NCBI GenBank assembly: GCA_964566925.1
Contig: CAZMIZ010000002.1
Span: 8,647 to 72,646, forward strand
DNA length: 64,000 nt
Direction of reading: 5' to 3'
Origin: an uncultured Gammaproteobacteria bacterium
GTDB taxonomy: Bacteria; Patescibacteriota; Microgenomatia; PFEM01; DATLAM01
The notes beneath the pieces are model-generated. The model saw nothing but the letters and a program-made list of their open reading frames with translations, searched no databases and was not told the DNA's origin. A program made the position numbers and the translations under genes. Position 1 is the stretch's first letter; the number at the start of each line of letters is the position of its first letter. Shown piece after piece: positions 39,012-48,494 of the stretch.

Positions 39012-39144
39012 TTTCCTTAATTATAGCTCAAAAACTTTTATCTTAGAAGAACAGAAAGGGCGGGCAGCAAAGCGGTTAGTAAGAGAGCAATTGAGGCAAT
39101 GGCCACAATAACCATCCAGAGTTTTTGCTGCTTTTTAGAAAGAA

Positions 39145-40356
39145 TCATTTTACCTTTATCTTAAATATTCGTCTTTTGCCGGCTTTTATTATTTCGCCAC
39201 CTTTAACTTTAATTTTATCTTGAGGATCTATTACTTTCACGCCTTCAAGTTCCAATCCCCCTTGTTGGATTAATCTCTTGGTCTGGGAAATTGTAGCAGT
39301 TCCTGCGTAAGTGGGAAGGACCCGAGGCATCAGTTTTGAGATTGTATAAGTTCCTGGTTTAACCGCTCCTGGAGTCCAGGGAATTTTTGTGGGCTGTTCT
39401 CTTTTTTGAAATTGTTTTTCAAAACCTCTACTCGCAGCTTTTGCTGCTGCCTCGCCATGATACATTTTGACGATTTCAAAAGCAAGTTGTTTTTTAAGAT
39501 CCATTGGGTTTTTCCCACCCTGAAGCGCTCTTTTCAGCTCTTTTATTAATTGAAGCGGGACTAAGGTTAATAGTTCAAATGATAAAAGTATAACTTCATC
39601 GGGGAAAGACATGATTCCGCCATACATATCGCTTGGTGAGGCGTTAAGGAAAAGAGCATTGCCAGTCGTTTTGCCAACCTTTTTACCTTTAGAATCAACT
39701 AAGAGTTTGGTGGTTAAAACAAACTTTTCTTTTCCTTTCATGGCCTTCATTAAAGTCCTGCCGGCAAGCATATTAAATGTTTGATCATTGCCGCCGATTT
39801 CCATATCAACATCCATTTCGACGCAATCAATTGCTTGAGCTACCGGATAAAGGAATTCGTGAAGATGGATTGGTTTACCCTGCTTTAATCTTTTCTGGAA
39901 AAAATCACGCTCCAGCATTTGCTGAACAGTAAAATGGGAGGCGATTTCAATCAAGTCCTTAAAGGTGATTTTGTCACCCCATTGGCTGTTATATAAAATT
40001 TTGGCTGGATTTTTACCATCGAATTTCAAGACTTTTCCTGCCTGAGGTTGCCATTTTTTGGAGTTCTCTAAAACTTGTTTCCTGGTTAACCGCTTTCTAG
40101 TGGCTGACTTATCAGTGGGATCACCAATCATGCCTGTAAAATCACCCACCAAAAAAATAACTTCGTGGCCAAGATCCTGAAATTGCCTTAATTTAAGGAC
40201 GCCCACCATGTTACCTAAATGGAGATTGTCCATTGAAGGATCAAAGCCTTGGTAGAGCCTGATTTTTTCATTAGAACGCAGGATTTTCTCCAGCGTTTGA
40301 CGCGATGGATAAATCTTCTCTACTCCTCTGGTTAAAACTTCATCTATTTTATCCAT
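39145..40356 (-). CDS. tyrS: tyrosyl-tRNA synthetase
   Basis: Class I HIGH-like motif LHLGN, a KMSKS-like KVGKT motif and a C-terminal S4 domain. Confidence 0.9.
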   Translation of the reverse strand: MDKIDEVLTRGVEKIYPSRQTLEKILRSNEKIRLYQGFDPSMDNLHLGNMVGVLKLRQFQDLGHEVIFLVGDFTGMIGDPTDKSATRKRLTRKQVLENSKKWQPQAGKVLKFDGKNPAKILYNSQWGDKITFKDLIEIASHFTVQQMLERDFFQKRLKQGKPIHLHEFLYPVAQAIDCVEMDVDMEIGGNDQTFNMLAGRTLMKAMKGKEKFVLTTKLLVDSKGKKVGKTTGNALFLNASPSDMYGGIMSFPDEVILLSFELLTLVPLQLIKELKRALQGGKNPMDLKKQLAFEIVKMYHGEAAAKAASRGFEKQFQKREQPTKIPWTPGAVKPGTYTISKLMPRVLPTYAGTATISQTKRLIQQGGLELEGVKVIDPQDKIKVKGGEIIKAGKRRIFKIKVK

Positions 40357-40801
40357 TTATTTTTTCCTGATCTAAAGTGATGGTTACTGGACCATCATTG
40401 ACCAATCCTATCTCCATTCTAGCACCAAATTCCCCTTTTTCAACCCGTAAACCTGATTTTTTCAGTTCGGCAATAAATTTCCCAACCAGATTTTTAGCCA
40501 CCTCTGGTTTAGCCGCTTGGACGAAGCTGGGCCTTCGCCCCTTTCTGGTATCTGCATATAAAGTAAATTGAGGGACCACTAGGATTTCTCCTTGAATATC
40601 AACAATCGATTGGTTCATATGATCTTTTTCATCAGCCATGATTCGGAGTTCCAGGATTTTTTTCGCCAGAAACCGAACCTCTTCTTCGCTGTCACCTGTT
40701 TTTATTCCCACCAGAAGTAAAAATCCGGGGCCAATTTTTCCCACCAGCCTCTCCCCCACTTTGACATTGGCTTTAGTAACTCGCTGGATGATCACCCGCA
40801 T
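40349..40801 (-). CDS. dtd: D-aminoacyl-tRNA deacylase
   Basis: MRVIIQRVTKANVKV..., GFLLLVGI and the C-terminal GPVT motif. Confidence 0.9.
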   Translation of the reverse strand: MRVIIQRVTKANVKVGERLVGKIGPGFLLLVGIKTGDSEEEVRFLAKKILELRIMADEKDHMNQSIVDIQGEILVVPQFTLYADTRKGRRPSFVQAAKPEVAKNLVGKFIAELKKSGLRVEKGEFGARMEIGLVNDGPVTITLDQEKING

Positions 40802-40861
40802 GGCTTCTTATTTTATCATCTTATGGTCTCTTAATAAAACTGGTCTTTAGCTTTACTCTCG

Positions 40862-43513
40862 ATGAGAGCTTATGTTACAATTTTTCCTACGATGTCTTGG
40901 CAGCGAGTCTGGAAACAAAGAACGAGACAAATACAGCGGCGGTCACGCTGGCCACGATTATCACGATGGCAGAAATATAGTCGAGCTAAATTGGCCTCAA
41001 GGATAGCTTTTTTTGGCTTCATCGGCGTCGTTGGCCTCACTTTCATTTTAGCTATTCTTTTTGCTTATTATGCCAAGGATTTGCCTCACCCAGATAAAAT
41101 TGTCCGCCAGGAGGGTTTTTCTACCAAGATTTATGACCGGAATGAAGAGCTTTTGTATGATGTTTATGGCCAACAGCGCCGTACCCCGGTCCAGCTCGAA
41201 GAAGCGCCTCTTTATTTACGCCAGGCAACGATCGCGATCGAAGATAAAAATTTCTATAAGCATGGCGGTTTTGACCCCACCGGCATCTTTAGGGCTGCCT
41301 ACAACATCCTCGTTCATCATCGCCTTCAAGGGGGCTCTACTCTTACTCAGCAATTAGTGAAAAATGTTCTTTTAACCTCTCAAAGAACTTTACCTCGAAA
41401 GATTAAAGAATTCATTTTGGCAGTTCAGATTGAGAGTCGCTATTCAAAAGATGAAATTTTACAGATGTATCTTAATGAGGCTCCTTATGGAGGAACCGCC
41501 TGGGGAGTTCAGGCCGCCAGCGAGATTTATTTCGGTAAGAAAGTTTCAGAATTAAATCTGGTGGAGTCAGCCATTTTGGCAGGCTTACCCCAGCAACCAA
41601 GCGTTTATTCTCCTTTCAGCGAAAACCCTAAGGCTTATATTGGGAGAACGACCACCGTTTTGAGAAGGATGCGAGAAGATGGTTATATCAGTCGAGAAGA
41701 GGAAGAAGAAACAGTAGCTCAATTAGAAAAAGTGGAATTTGCTGCGGAGGGAACAAGCTTCAGGGCGCCGCACTTCGTTATGTATGTTAAACGCCAGCTT
41801 GAAGAACGCTACGGCCAAGCAATGGTTGAACAAGGGGGGCTGCGGGTTTACACCACTCTTGATTGGGATTTACAAGAACAAGCCCAGAAAGCCGTTTCCG
41901 AAGAGATTGCCAAGGTTGAATCGATCCATATCACTAACGGGGCAGCCATTGTCTTAGATCCATCAACCGGTGAGATTTTAGCGATGGTGGGTTCTAAAAA
42001 CTACAGCGATCCAGATTATGACGGAAAAGTAAACGTTACCCTCTCTCTGCGTCAGCCAGGATCAGCCATTAAGCCGGTAACTTACGTGAGTGCCTTTAAA
42101 AAAGGTTATACCCCTTCGACTCTCTTAATGGATACGCCAACGACCTTTCCGGTTACTGGGCAGCCGGACTACAAGCCGGTTAATTACGATGGGAACTTTA
42201 ACGGTCCCCTCCAGGTGCGCTTTGCTTTAGGTAATTCAATTAATGTCGCCGCCGTTAAAATGTTGGCAATGGTGGGGATTAAAGACATGTTAACCACCGC
42301 CTATGATATGGGTTTGACTACCCTTGAACCTTCTTCAGAGAACCTACGGCGTTTTGGACTCTCTCTTACCCTTGGGGGAGGCGAAATCCGGTTAATTGAA
42401 ATGGCAGGAGCTTATTCTGCTTTTGCCAATAGCGGGCTTAAAGTGGAACCAATTTCTATTTTAAAGGTGACCGATAAAGAAGGAAAAGCTTTGGAAGAGT
42501 ATAAGCCGGTGGCTGGGCGACGAGTCTTAACCGCTGGCCAGGCCTTTTTGATCTCCCATATTCTTTCCGATAATAATGCCCGGGCAATTACTTTTGGGCC
42601 AGGGAGTGCCATTAATATTACTGGAAGATCCGTAGCAGTTAAGACAGGGACCACTAACGATAAGCGGGATAATTGGACGATTGGTTGGACGCCTCAAATA
42701 ATTGCCGGTGTTTGGGTGGGTAATAATGACAATTCTCAGATGGAACATGTCGCTTCGGGTGTTTCCGGAGCAGCTCCGATTTGGCGGCGGATCATTTTAG
42801 CGGCTCTGGCCGATAAGCCAGTTCGTGGTTTTGTCCAACCTTCCGAGATTGTGACTGCCGAAGTGGATAGTGTTTCTGGATATCGGGCCCATGATGGTTA
42901 TCCTTCTCGAATGGAATACTTTATTAAAGGGACCGAGCCGACCGGAGAGGACCCAGTTCATACCAAACTTAAACTCTGTAAGGGTCAGGATAAACTAGCC
43001 TCTGTGACTCAAATTGCTAGGGGTGATTATGAAGAGAAAGAATATTTTGTCTTCAAAGAAGATGATCCGGTTAGCCCCGACGGCAATAATCGGTGGCAGG
43101 AAGGAATCAATCTTTGGCTGGCAGGTATTGGCGATCCTAAATATCACCCTCCAACTGAATATTGTGGCACTTCTGATGAGGTAGTGGTCCGGATTAAAGA
43201 ACCAGATGATCATCAGGAGCTTTCGACTAATGATGTTAGAGTTAAGGGAGAAGCAATTAGTGATAGCGGCATTAAAAAAATAGAGATTTTTGTTGATGGG
43301 ACCCTTAAAGAAACGATTGGTAAGAGGACTTACGAAAAGATAATTTACATGAGTGATGGGACCCACACGATTAAAGTTAGAGCTGAAGACGAAAATGGCA
43401 AGAGTGGCGAAGCCGAAATTAAAATTGGCGTTAACGTTCCTTGGGATTGGGCCCCAACTCCAACCCCATCTCTGACACCCTCCCCTACCCCTACCCCAAC
43501 ACCAACCCTATGA
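40862..43513 (+). CDS. class A penicillin-binding protein (PBP1A-type transglycosylase/transpeptidase) with C-terminal Ig-like/PT-rich extension
   Basis: Glycosyltransferase motifs EDKNFYKHGGFD and GGSTLTQQ. Transpeptidase motifs SAIKP, the SLN-like GNS and KTGT. C-terminus ends in TPTPSLTPSPTPTPTPTL. Confidence 0.9.
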   Translation: MRAYVTIFPTMSWQRVWKQRTRQIQRRSRWPRLSRWQKYSRAKLASRIAFFGFIGVVGLTFILAILFAYYAKDLPHPDKIVRQEGFSTKIYDRNEELLYDVYGQQRRTPVQLEEAPLYLRQATIAIEDKNFYKHGGFDPTGIFRAAYNILVHHRLQGGSTLTQQLVKNVLLTSQRTLPRKIKEFILAVQIESRYSKDEILQMYLNEAPYGGTAWGVQAASEIYFGKKVSELNLVESAILAGLPQQPSVYSPFSENPKAYIGRTTTVLRRMREDGYISREEEEETVAQLEKVEFAAEGTSFRAPHFVMYVKRQLEERYGQAMVEQGGLRVYTTLDWDLQEQAQKAVSEEIAKVESIHITNGAAIVLDPSTGEILAMVGSKNYSDPDYDGKVNVTLSLRQPGSAIKPVTYVSAFKKGYTPSTLLMDTPTTFPVTGQPDYKPVNYDGNFNGPLQVRFALGNSINVAAVKMLAMVGIKDMLTTAYDMGLTTLEPSSENLRRFGLSLTLGGGEIRLIEMAGAYSAFANSGLKVEPISILKVTDKEGKALEEYKPVAGRRVLTAGQAFLISHILSDNNARAITFGPGSAINITGRSVAVKTGTTNDKRDNWTIGWTPQIIAGVWVGNNDNSQMEHVASGVSGAAPIWRRIILAALADKPVRGFVQPSEIVTAEVDSVSGYRAHDGYPSRMEYFIKGTEPTGEDPVHTKLKLCKGQDKLASVTQIARGDYEEKEYFVFKEDDPVSPDGNNRWQEGINLWLAGIGDPKYHPPTEYCGTSDEVVVRIKEPDDHQELSTNDVRVKGEAISDSGIKKIEIFVDGTLKETIGKRTYEKIIYMSDGTHTIKVRAEDENGKSGEAEIKIGVNVPWDWAPTPTPSLTPSPTPTPTPTL

Positions 43514-43570
43514 TTGGCGCTGGAACGGATATGATATACTAAAAGTGAAACTGGTTAAAGAGAGATTAAA

Positions 43571-43942
43571 ATGGGTGAACGAGAGGAGACTCTTACTGAA
43601 GGAAGAGATACAGAAGCCCAAGCCTTTACTGGCTATCTTGGAAAAACTTGGGAAGAACGTATCAATGGTCTTTTGGAAAAGATCCCTGGATTTAGTGATA
43701 ATGGAATGCCGCCAGAGGAAAAAGATTTATATAGGATTACTTTAACACTTAGGATAATCAATGCTACCTCGGCCGAGATGGTCATCGCCGGAAAAGGAAA
43801 ATTAGCAAGCTTTTATTCTGACATAGCTCAAGAACTGGCAAGACAACATGGTCTAATTTGTGACAGAATGAGCGATGATCAAGGAGTCTTACCTCCTGAG
43901 ATTAAAGAGAGACTAGATTTTGTAAGAGAAGAAGAAATTTAG
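43571..43942 (+). CDS. hypothetical protein
   Basis: 123-aa acidic ORF between the PBP gene and convergent pheT. No motif and a weak RBS. Confidence 0.35.
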   Translation: MGEREETLTEGRDTEAQAFTGYLGKTWEERINGLLEKIPGFSDNGMPPEEKDLYRITLTLRIINATSAEMVIAGKGKLASFYSDIAQELARQHGLICDRMSDDQGVLPPEIKERLDFVREEEI

Positions 43943-45954
43943 TCTTTTTGTTTTAACTTCGCTCTACATTTTCTAAAGATAGTGCTGACTACTCTTTTCC
44001 TAATTTTTTTCACTTCTTTATCACTTAAAGTTTTCTGATCACTCTGGTAAGTGAGGCGGAAAGTGCGGGTGTTTTTATAAGAATCGATTAGCTCGACCGA
44101 CTTAATCAACCTACTTGTCCTTTTTATTTCCTCCATCATTTCCCCCACCAAAGTCTTTAGTGGAACAATAAAAGCTAAGTCTTCAACGATCGCCGGATAT
44201 TTAGGGATAGGTGTGAAGGTTTTAATCGTGGTGGCATGTTTGATCAAAAGATCAACATCCAAATCAAAAGCAACCACCCTGCCCTTAATTTCAAACCGCC
44301 GCAGGACCAGAGGATTGATTTCGCCAACCATCCCTAGAGAATCATTTTTAACCATTATTTCAGCCGTCCGTCCGGGATGAAAGACTTTGCCGTAGAAAGT
44401 CTTTTCTAAACCATAGGGTTGAAATTGATAGGTTTTAATGCCTAATTCTTTTAGTAGAACCTCAATGACACCTTTAACTTCGGTAAACTTTTCTTTAACA
44501 TTAACTCCCGCTAAATAAGAGATTTCCTTTGGTTTTCCTTTGTCTTGAGGGAAATAAGCCCGATCGATCTCAAAGAGCCTGAATTTTTCAAAATAGCGGA
44601 GGTTGTCCTTAGTGACTGAAAGCAGTGAAGGGACTAAAGAGCGGCGCATGAACCCTTGATCAACAGTCAAAGGATTAACCAGCTCAAGGTAGTCCTCGTT
44701 GGCCGCCCCGCAGGTTTCCAAAAGCTCTTTTCCTACAAAGGGCGGGGTGAGGATTTCAGTGAAACCGACTCCTTTTAAGAAGAGTTTGATCCTTTTTCTC
44801 CAAAAAAGATCGGCATTAGATCTGGGCGGCTCGTCTTCTTCTTGAGGAAGGGTGACAGGAATTTTATCATAGCCATAAATTCGAGCAATCTCCTCGGCAA
44901 TATCGGCCTCCATTGAAATATCTTGGCGCCAGGAAGGAACGCCAACAATTAAAAGATCGCTTTTCTGTTTAACTTTAAAACCTAAGCGATTAAGGATGGA
45001 AATCATTTCTTGAGGGTTGATGTCAATACCAATAAAGTTATTGAGCCATGAAGGCTTAACTCTGACAATTTTCGGTTCATATTTCTTGTTTTGAATATCG
45101 ATCAATTCTGAGCCGACCCTTGCTCCAGCTAGCTTCTGCATCATCTCGATTGCTCGATTAATCGCTGGCAAAGTGAGAGTAAGATCGAGATTTTTTTCAT
45201 ATCTAGTTGAGGCTTCAGTTCTCAAATTTAATTTCTTACTGGTGATTCGGCTGTTTTTGGCATCAAAAGTAGCTGATTCTAAAATAATTGATTTAGTGCC
45301 TGAGCCAATTTCTGTACTTGCTCCTCCCATGATTGAGGCTAAAGCAATTGGTTTTTCCGCGTCAGCAATTAATAGACTATCCGAATAAAGATCTCTCTTA
45401 ACTCCATCCAAAGTAACTATTTTTTCCCCATCACGCGGGGTTCTGACGATAATATGGTGGTTTTTCACCTTGTCGTAATCGAAGGCATGTAAAGGTTGCC
45501 CGAGTTCAAGCATGACGTAGTTAGTGACATCAACGATATTATTAATTGAACGAACGCCTAGTCTTTCTAAGCCGGTCCTGAGCCAGTTGGGTGAAGGGCC
45601 AATTTTGATACCAGTAAGAACAATACCACAATAGCGAAGGCAAAGATCTTTTGCTCGAGTTTCAATTTTAACTGGTAGCTTTTTTGTTGGCTTGTGTTTT
45701 TGGGCAGCTAGCCTCTCAAGAGGATCGTTAATTTTTGCGTCGAAATAAGCGGCTACTTCTCTGGCCAGGCCCAAATGGGAGAAGCAGTCGGGGCGATGAG
45801 TTAACCCCTTATTTTCAATTTCTAAAATATGATCCTCTCCTTTTCTCTCAATATTTTCGATCTCAGCTAAGGAAAGAGTGATTTTATCAGCCGCCGCCTG
45901 GGGCGATTTTTGAATTTTTACAAATTTTTTCAGCCAATTATAAGAGATGAGCAT
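43939..45954 (-). CDS. pheT: phenylalanyl-tRNA synthetase beta subunit (short form)
   Basis: MLISYNWLKKFV... N-terminus and the B3/4 and B5 domains. 671 aa, lacking part of the canonical beta subunit. Confidence 0.9.
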   Translation of the reverse strand: MLISYNWLKKFVKIQKSPQAAADKITLSLAEIENIERKGEDHILEIENKGLTHRPDCFSHLGLAREVAAYFDAKINDPLERLAAQKHKPTKKLPVKIETRAKDLCLRYCGIVLTGIKIGPSPNWLRTGLERLGVRSINNIVDVTNYVMLELGQPLHAFDYDKVKNHHIIVRTPRDGEKIVTLDGVKRDLYSDSLLIADAEKPIALASIMGGASTEIGSGTKSIILESATFDAKNSRITSKKLNLRTEASTRYEKNLDLTLTLPAINRAIEMMQKLAGARVGSELIDIQNKKYEPKIVRVKPSWLNNFIGIDINPQEMISILNRLGFKVKQKSDLLIVGVPSWRQDISMEADIAEEIARIYGYDKIPVTLPQEEDEPPRSNADLFWRKRIKLFLKGVGFTEILTPPFVGKELLETCGAANEDYLELVNPLTVDQGFMRRSLVPSLLSVTKDNLRYFEKFRLFEIDRAYFPQDKGKPKEISYLAGVNVKEKFTEVKGVIEVLLKELGIKTYQFQPYGLEKTFYGKVFHPGRTAEIMVKNDSLGMVGEINPLVLRRFEIKGRVVAFDLDVDLLIKHATTIKTFTPIPKYPAIVEDLAFIVPLKTLVGEMMEEIKRTSRLIKSVELIDSYKNTRTFRLTYQSDQKTLSDKEVKKIRKRVVSTIFRKCRAKLKQKD

Positions 45955-45956
45955 AA

Positions 45957-46973
45957 TTAAAATTGATTCAGGAAACGCAAGTCGCCCCCAGTAAAAAGAC
46001 GAATATCATCAACTTGATATTTGATCATTGCTAATCTAGTCGGTCCAGGGCAAAAAGCAAAGCCGGAATATTTCTTAGGATCAATCTTGGCGTTTTTTAA
46101 AACTACTGGGTGGATCATGCCTGATCCCAGAATCTCCAGCCAACCAGAACCTCCACAAGCAGAACACCCCTTTCCCTTACAGTGAGGGCAAGAGGCCGAG
46201 ATTTCGGCGCAAGGCTCAACATAAGGGAAATAGCTAGCCCTAAATTGGAGTTTAGTTTCGTAACCTAGAACCTTCTGTAAAAAGGCATAAAGAGTACCTT
46301 TCAAGTCAGCAAAGGAGATGTTTTTACCAACGGCAACGCCTTCATAGTGATGAAAGCAGGCTGCATGGGTCGCATCCTCTCTTTCGCAACGAAAAACCCA
46401 GCCAGGCACAGCGACCTTAAAGGGTGGTTTTAGTTTTTCCATCACTCTTACCTGCATAGCTGAAGTATGGGTTCGGGGGAGCATGCCGTTAGTCAACCAG
46501 AAGGTATCCTGAAGATCTCGGGCTGGGTGATGCTTTGGGATATTTAAAACCTCAAAATTATAATGATCAGTTTCGATCTCCGGCCCTTCCATGATTTGAT
46601 AACCCATTTGTTCAAAGACCTCGGTTAATTCCCAATTGATTTGAGTGACGGGATTAATATGACCAACAGGAGGTTTTTTGCCAGGAGCAGTTACATCAAG
46701 CCAATCATGATCAATGGCTGATGGCTGATGGCTGATGGCTGATGACTGACTGGCGATGGCGTTTTCGATCGCCTTTTTAACGTCATTAAGAAGCCGGCCT
46801 AATTCTTTTTTTTCTTCAGGTTCAAGAGAGGGCAGTTCTTTTAAAAGCTGGGTGATTTCGCCTTTGCGCCCTAGATAGTTAATTCTTAACTCTTCCAGCT
46901 CTTTCCCATCTTGAGCCTCAAGAATACTGGAAATCGCCTGGCTTTTGAGATTTTGAATTTTAGCAATATCCAT
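45957..46973 (-). CDS. pheS: phenylalanyl-tRNA synthetase alpha subunit
   Basis: Class II aaRS motifs and the C-terminal FAFGLGLERLAMI-like region. Contains an in-frame heptad-repeat insert SAISHQPSAI. Confidence 0.9.
   Translation of the reverse strand: MDIAKIQNLKSQAISSILEAQDGKELEELRINYLGRKGEITQLLKELPSLEPEEKKELGRLLNDVKKAIENAIASQSSAISHQPSAIDHDWLDVTAPGKKPPVGHINPVTQINWELTEVFEQMGYQIMEGPEIETDHYNFEVLNIPKHHPARDLQDTFWLTNGMLPRTHTSAMQVRVMEKLKPPFKVAVPGWVFRCEREDATHAACFHHYEGVAVGKNISFADLKGTLYAFLQKVLGYETKLQFRASYFPYVEPCAEISASCPHCKGKGCSACGGSGWLEILGSGMIHPVVLKNAKIDPKKYSGFAFCPGPTRLAMIKYQVDDIRLFTGGDLRFLNQF
46715..46749 (+). repeat. heptanucleotide tandem repeat (TGGCTGA)x4 plus one degenerate copy inside pheS
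   Basis: tggctga x4 then tgactga on the plus strand. On the coding (minus) strand it encodes SAISHQPSAI. Confidence 0.9.
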
Positions 46974-47004
46974 GACTGTTTTTCTTTAAAATTATTCTAT
47001 CATA

Positions 47005-47214
47005 TTACCAAATAGATGGTTTTTCTGGATTTAAGAGATGAGTTTGCATTGGTCTGCCATCAGGGCAAAGGCTGGCCTGGACTTCTCTAGCGGCGGACAC
47101 TATCTCGGCTTCATTGGTTTGCCTTCCTTCTCTATTAGCTCTTTTTTCGGCTATGGCCAATACGTTACAACCAGCACAACTTCCGGTTTGAGCTTGTAGG
47201 CATTCTTTTTTCAT
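47005..47214 (-). CDS. small cysteine-containing hypothetical protein (69 aa) upstream of pheS
   Basis: Strong RBS AAGGAGG 5 nt before the ATG. Contains GSCAGC and a distal Cys. Occupies the position of the pheM leader in the E. coli-like operon layout but contains no Phe. Confidence 0.5.
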   Translation of the reverse strand: MKKECLQAQTGSCAGCNVLAIAEKRANREGRQTNEAEIVSAAREVQASLCPDGRPMQTHLLNPEKPSIW

Positions 47215-47232
47215 TTTTACCTCCTTTCTGAC

Positions 47233-47267
47233 AATAAAAAACTCCCCTTTAGGGAGTGTTGTTTTTT
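47233..47267. terminator. bidirectional rho-independent terminator-like hairpin between rplT and the pheST leader ORF
   Basis: An A-run, then stem ACTCCC/GGGAGT with a 5-nt loop, then a T-run GTTGTTTTTT. Reads as hairpin plus U-tract on both strands. Confidence 0.5.
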
Positions 47268-47403
47268 ATTTTCTTAGTTCTTTAAAAGCGCAAAATCCAA
47301 CCTCCCCGTGGACAGCTAAGCAAAAGTAAAGCTAAAAATTGCTGTTTGGGTATTGGTTGGAACTTGCATTGGGGGAGATTATACGATACGGGTTAAGATT
47401 TTG

Positions 47404-47748
47404 TCAAGCTTTTATCTTTTTCACTATTGCCCTGAAACTGTCTGGGTCTTCGAGGCCAATGTCAGCGAGAATTTTGCGGTTGAGTTCAATTTTAGCTTTT
47501 TTAAGGCCGTTGATGAATTTGGAATAGGAAATTTCGTGGGGAGTCAGGGCGGCGTTAATTCGCGTTACCCAAAGCCTTCGCAGGTCGCGTTTCCTGAGTT
47601 TTCTGCCGATAAAAGCATATTGACCGGCGTGGAGGTCAGCCTCTTTAGAGACTTTGTAGAGCCGGCCTCGAGTCATCCGAAAGCCTTTAGTTCGCTTTAA
47701 AACCTTTTTATGCCTTTTTCTTCTGGTGGTGCCAGTTTTAACTCTCAT
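47404..47748 (-). CDS. rplT: 50S ribosomal protein L20
   Basis: MRVKTGTTRRKRHKKVLK... Confidence 0.95.
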   Translation of the reverse strand: MRVKTGTTRRKRHKKVLKRTKGFRMTRGRLYKVSKEADLHAGQYAFIGRKLRKRDLRRLWVTRINAALTPHEISYSKFINGLKKAKIELNRKILADIGLEDPDSFRAIVKKIKA

Positions 47749-47750
47749 TC

Positions 47751-47951
47751 TTATTTTCCTAGTAGTTTCTTGACTTTTCTTTTCCAGGCGCCTTTTAACT
47801 CTTTAGAAACTTTTTGAGCCCGAACTTGGCCTTTTTTCTTCTTTCGGCGCAAATGACCAATATGGGAACCCCGGCGTAAGATTTTGCCAGTTTTGGTGAC
47901 TTTAAACCTTCTTTTGATTGACTTTCTTATCTTTTGCTTTGTTTTTGCCAT
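47751..47951 (-). CDS. rpmI: 50S ribosomal protein L35
   Basis: MAKTKQKIRKSIKRRFKVTKTGKILRR. Confidence 0.9.
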   Translation of the reverse strand: MAKTKQKIRKSIKRRFKVTKTGKILRRGSHIGHLRRKKKKGQVRAQKVSKELKGAWKRKVKKLLGK

Positions 47952-48474
47952 TCTGGCCTCCTTTTAGGGGAGAGAGGGTCATTGTCAGTTGACGGCCAAA
48001 GAATTTTGGCTCTTGCTCGATGGCTGAGAGAGAAGAAAGCTGCCCAATGATTTTTTTTAAAAGATCGTAGCCAAACTGTTTCCGGGTAATTTCTCTCCCA
48101 AAAAAACGAACGGTAACTTTAAGTTTATGGCCTTCTTTTAAGAATTCTTCGGCTCGAGCCAAACGAAACTCCAGGTCTTTTTTGGCAATAAAAGGCCGAA
48201 ACCTGATTTCCTTAATTTCTCCTTTTTTAGCTTTTTTCCTTTCCTCTTTTTGTTTTTTAGACTCGAGGTATTTAAATTTTTTAAAATCAATGATTTTACA
48301 AACCGGAGGCTTGGCCTTAGGTGCTACTTCTATTAAATCAAGGCCAACTTGGTTGGCCTTTTTTAAAGCTTCTCCGAGAGAAAGAACGCCAATTTGCTTG
48401 CCTGCCTCGTCAACAACTCGGACTTGATCCGCTTGAATGTAATGGTTAATCCGATAAAACTTTCTTTTTGCCAA
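47902..48474 (-). CDS. infC: translation initiation factor IF-3
   Basis: YRINHYIQADQVRVVDEAGKQIGVLSLGEALKKANQVGLDLIEV... The 3' end overlaps the rpmI start by about 50 nt. Confidence 0.85.
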   Translation of the reverse strand: MAKRKFYRINHYIQADQVRVVDEAGKQIGVLSLGEALKKANQVGLDLIEVAPKAKPPVCKIIDFKKFKYLESKKQKEERKKAKKGEIKEIRFRPFIAKKDLEFRLARAEEFLKEGHKLKVTVRFFGREITRKQFGYDLLKKIIGQLSSLSAIEQEPKFFGRQLTMTLSPLKGGQNGKNKAKDKKVNQKKV

Positions 48475-48494
48475 TCTGATTGGTTTTTAGCTTA

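Noticed and set aside
43545-43745. Alternative-frame 66-aa ORF overlapping the 43571-43942 ORF
   Set aside because: It is shorter, lysine-rich and low-complexity and competes with an overlapping longer ORF. Neither is strongly supported, and only the longer one was listed, at low confidence.
47005-47214. The small ORF upstream of pheS as a Phe-rich attenuator leader peptide (pheM-like)
   Set aside because: The ORF has 69 codons and zero Phe codons, so the classical leader-peptide attenuation model does not fit. Kept as a hypothetical small protein.
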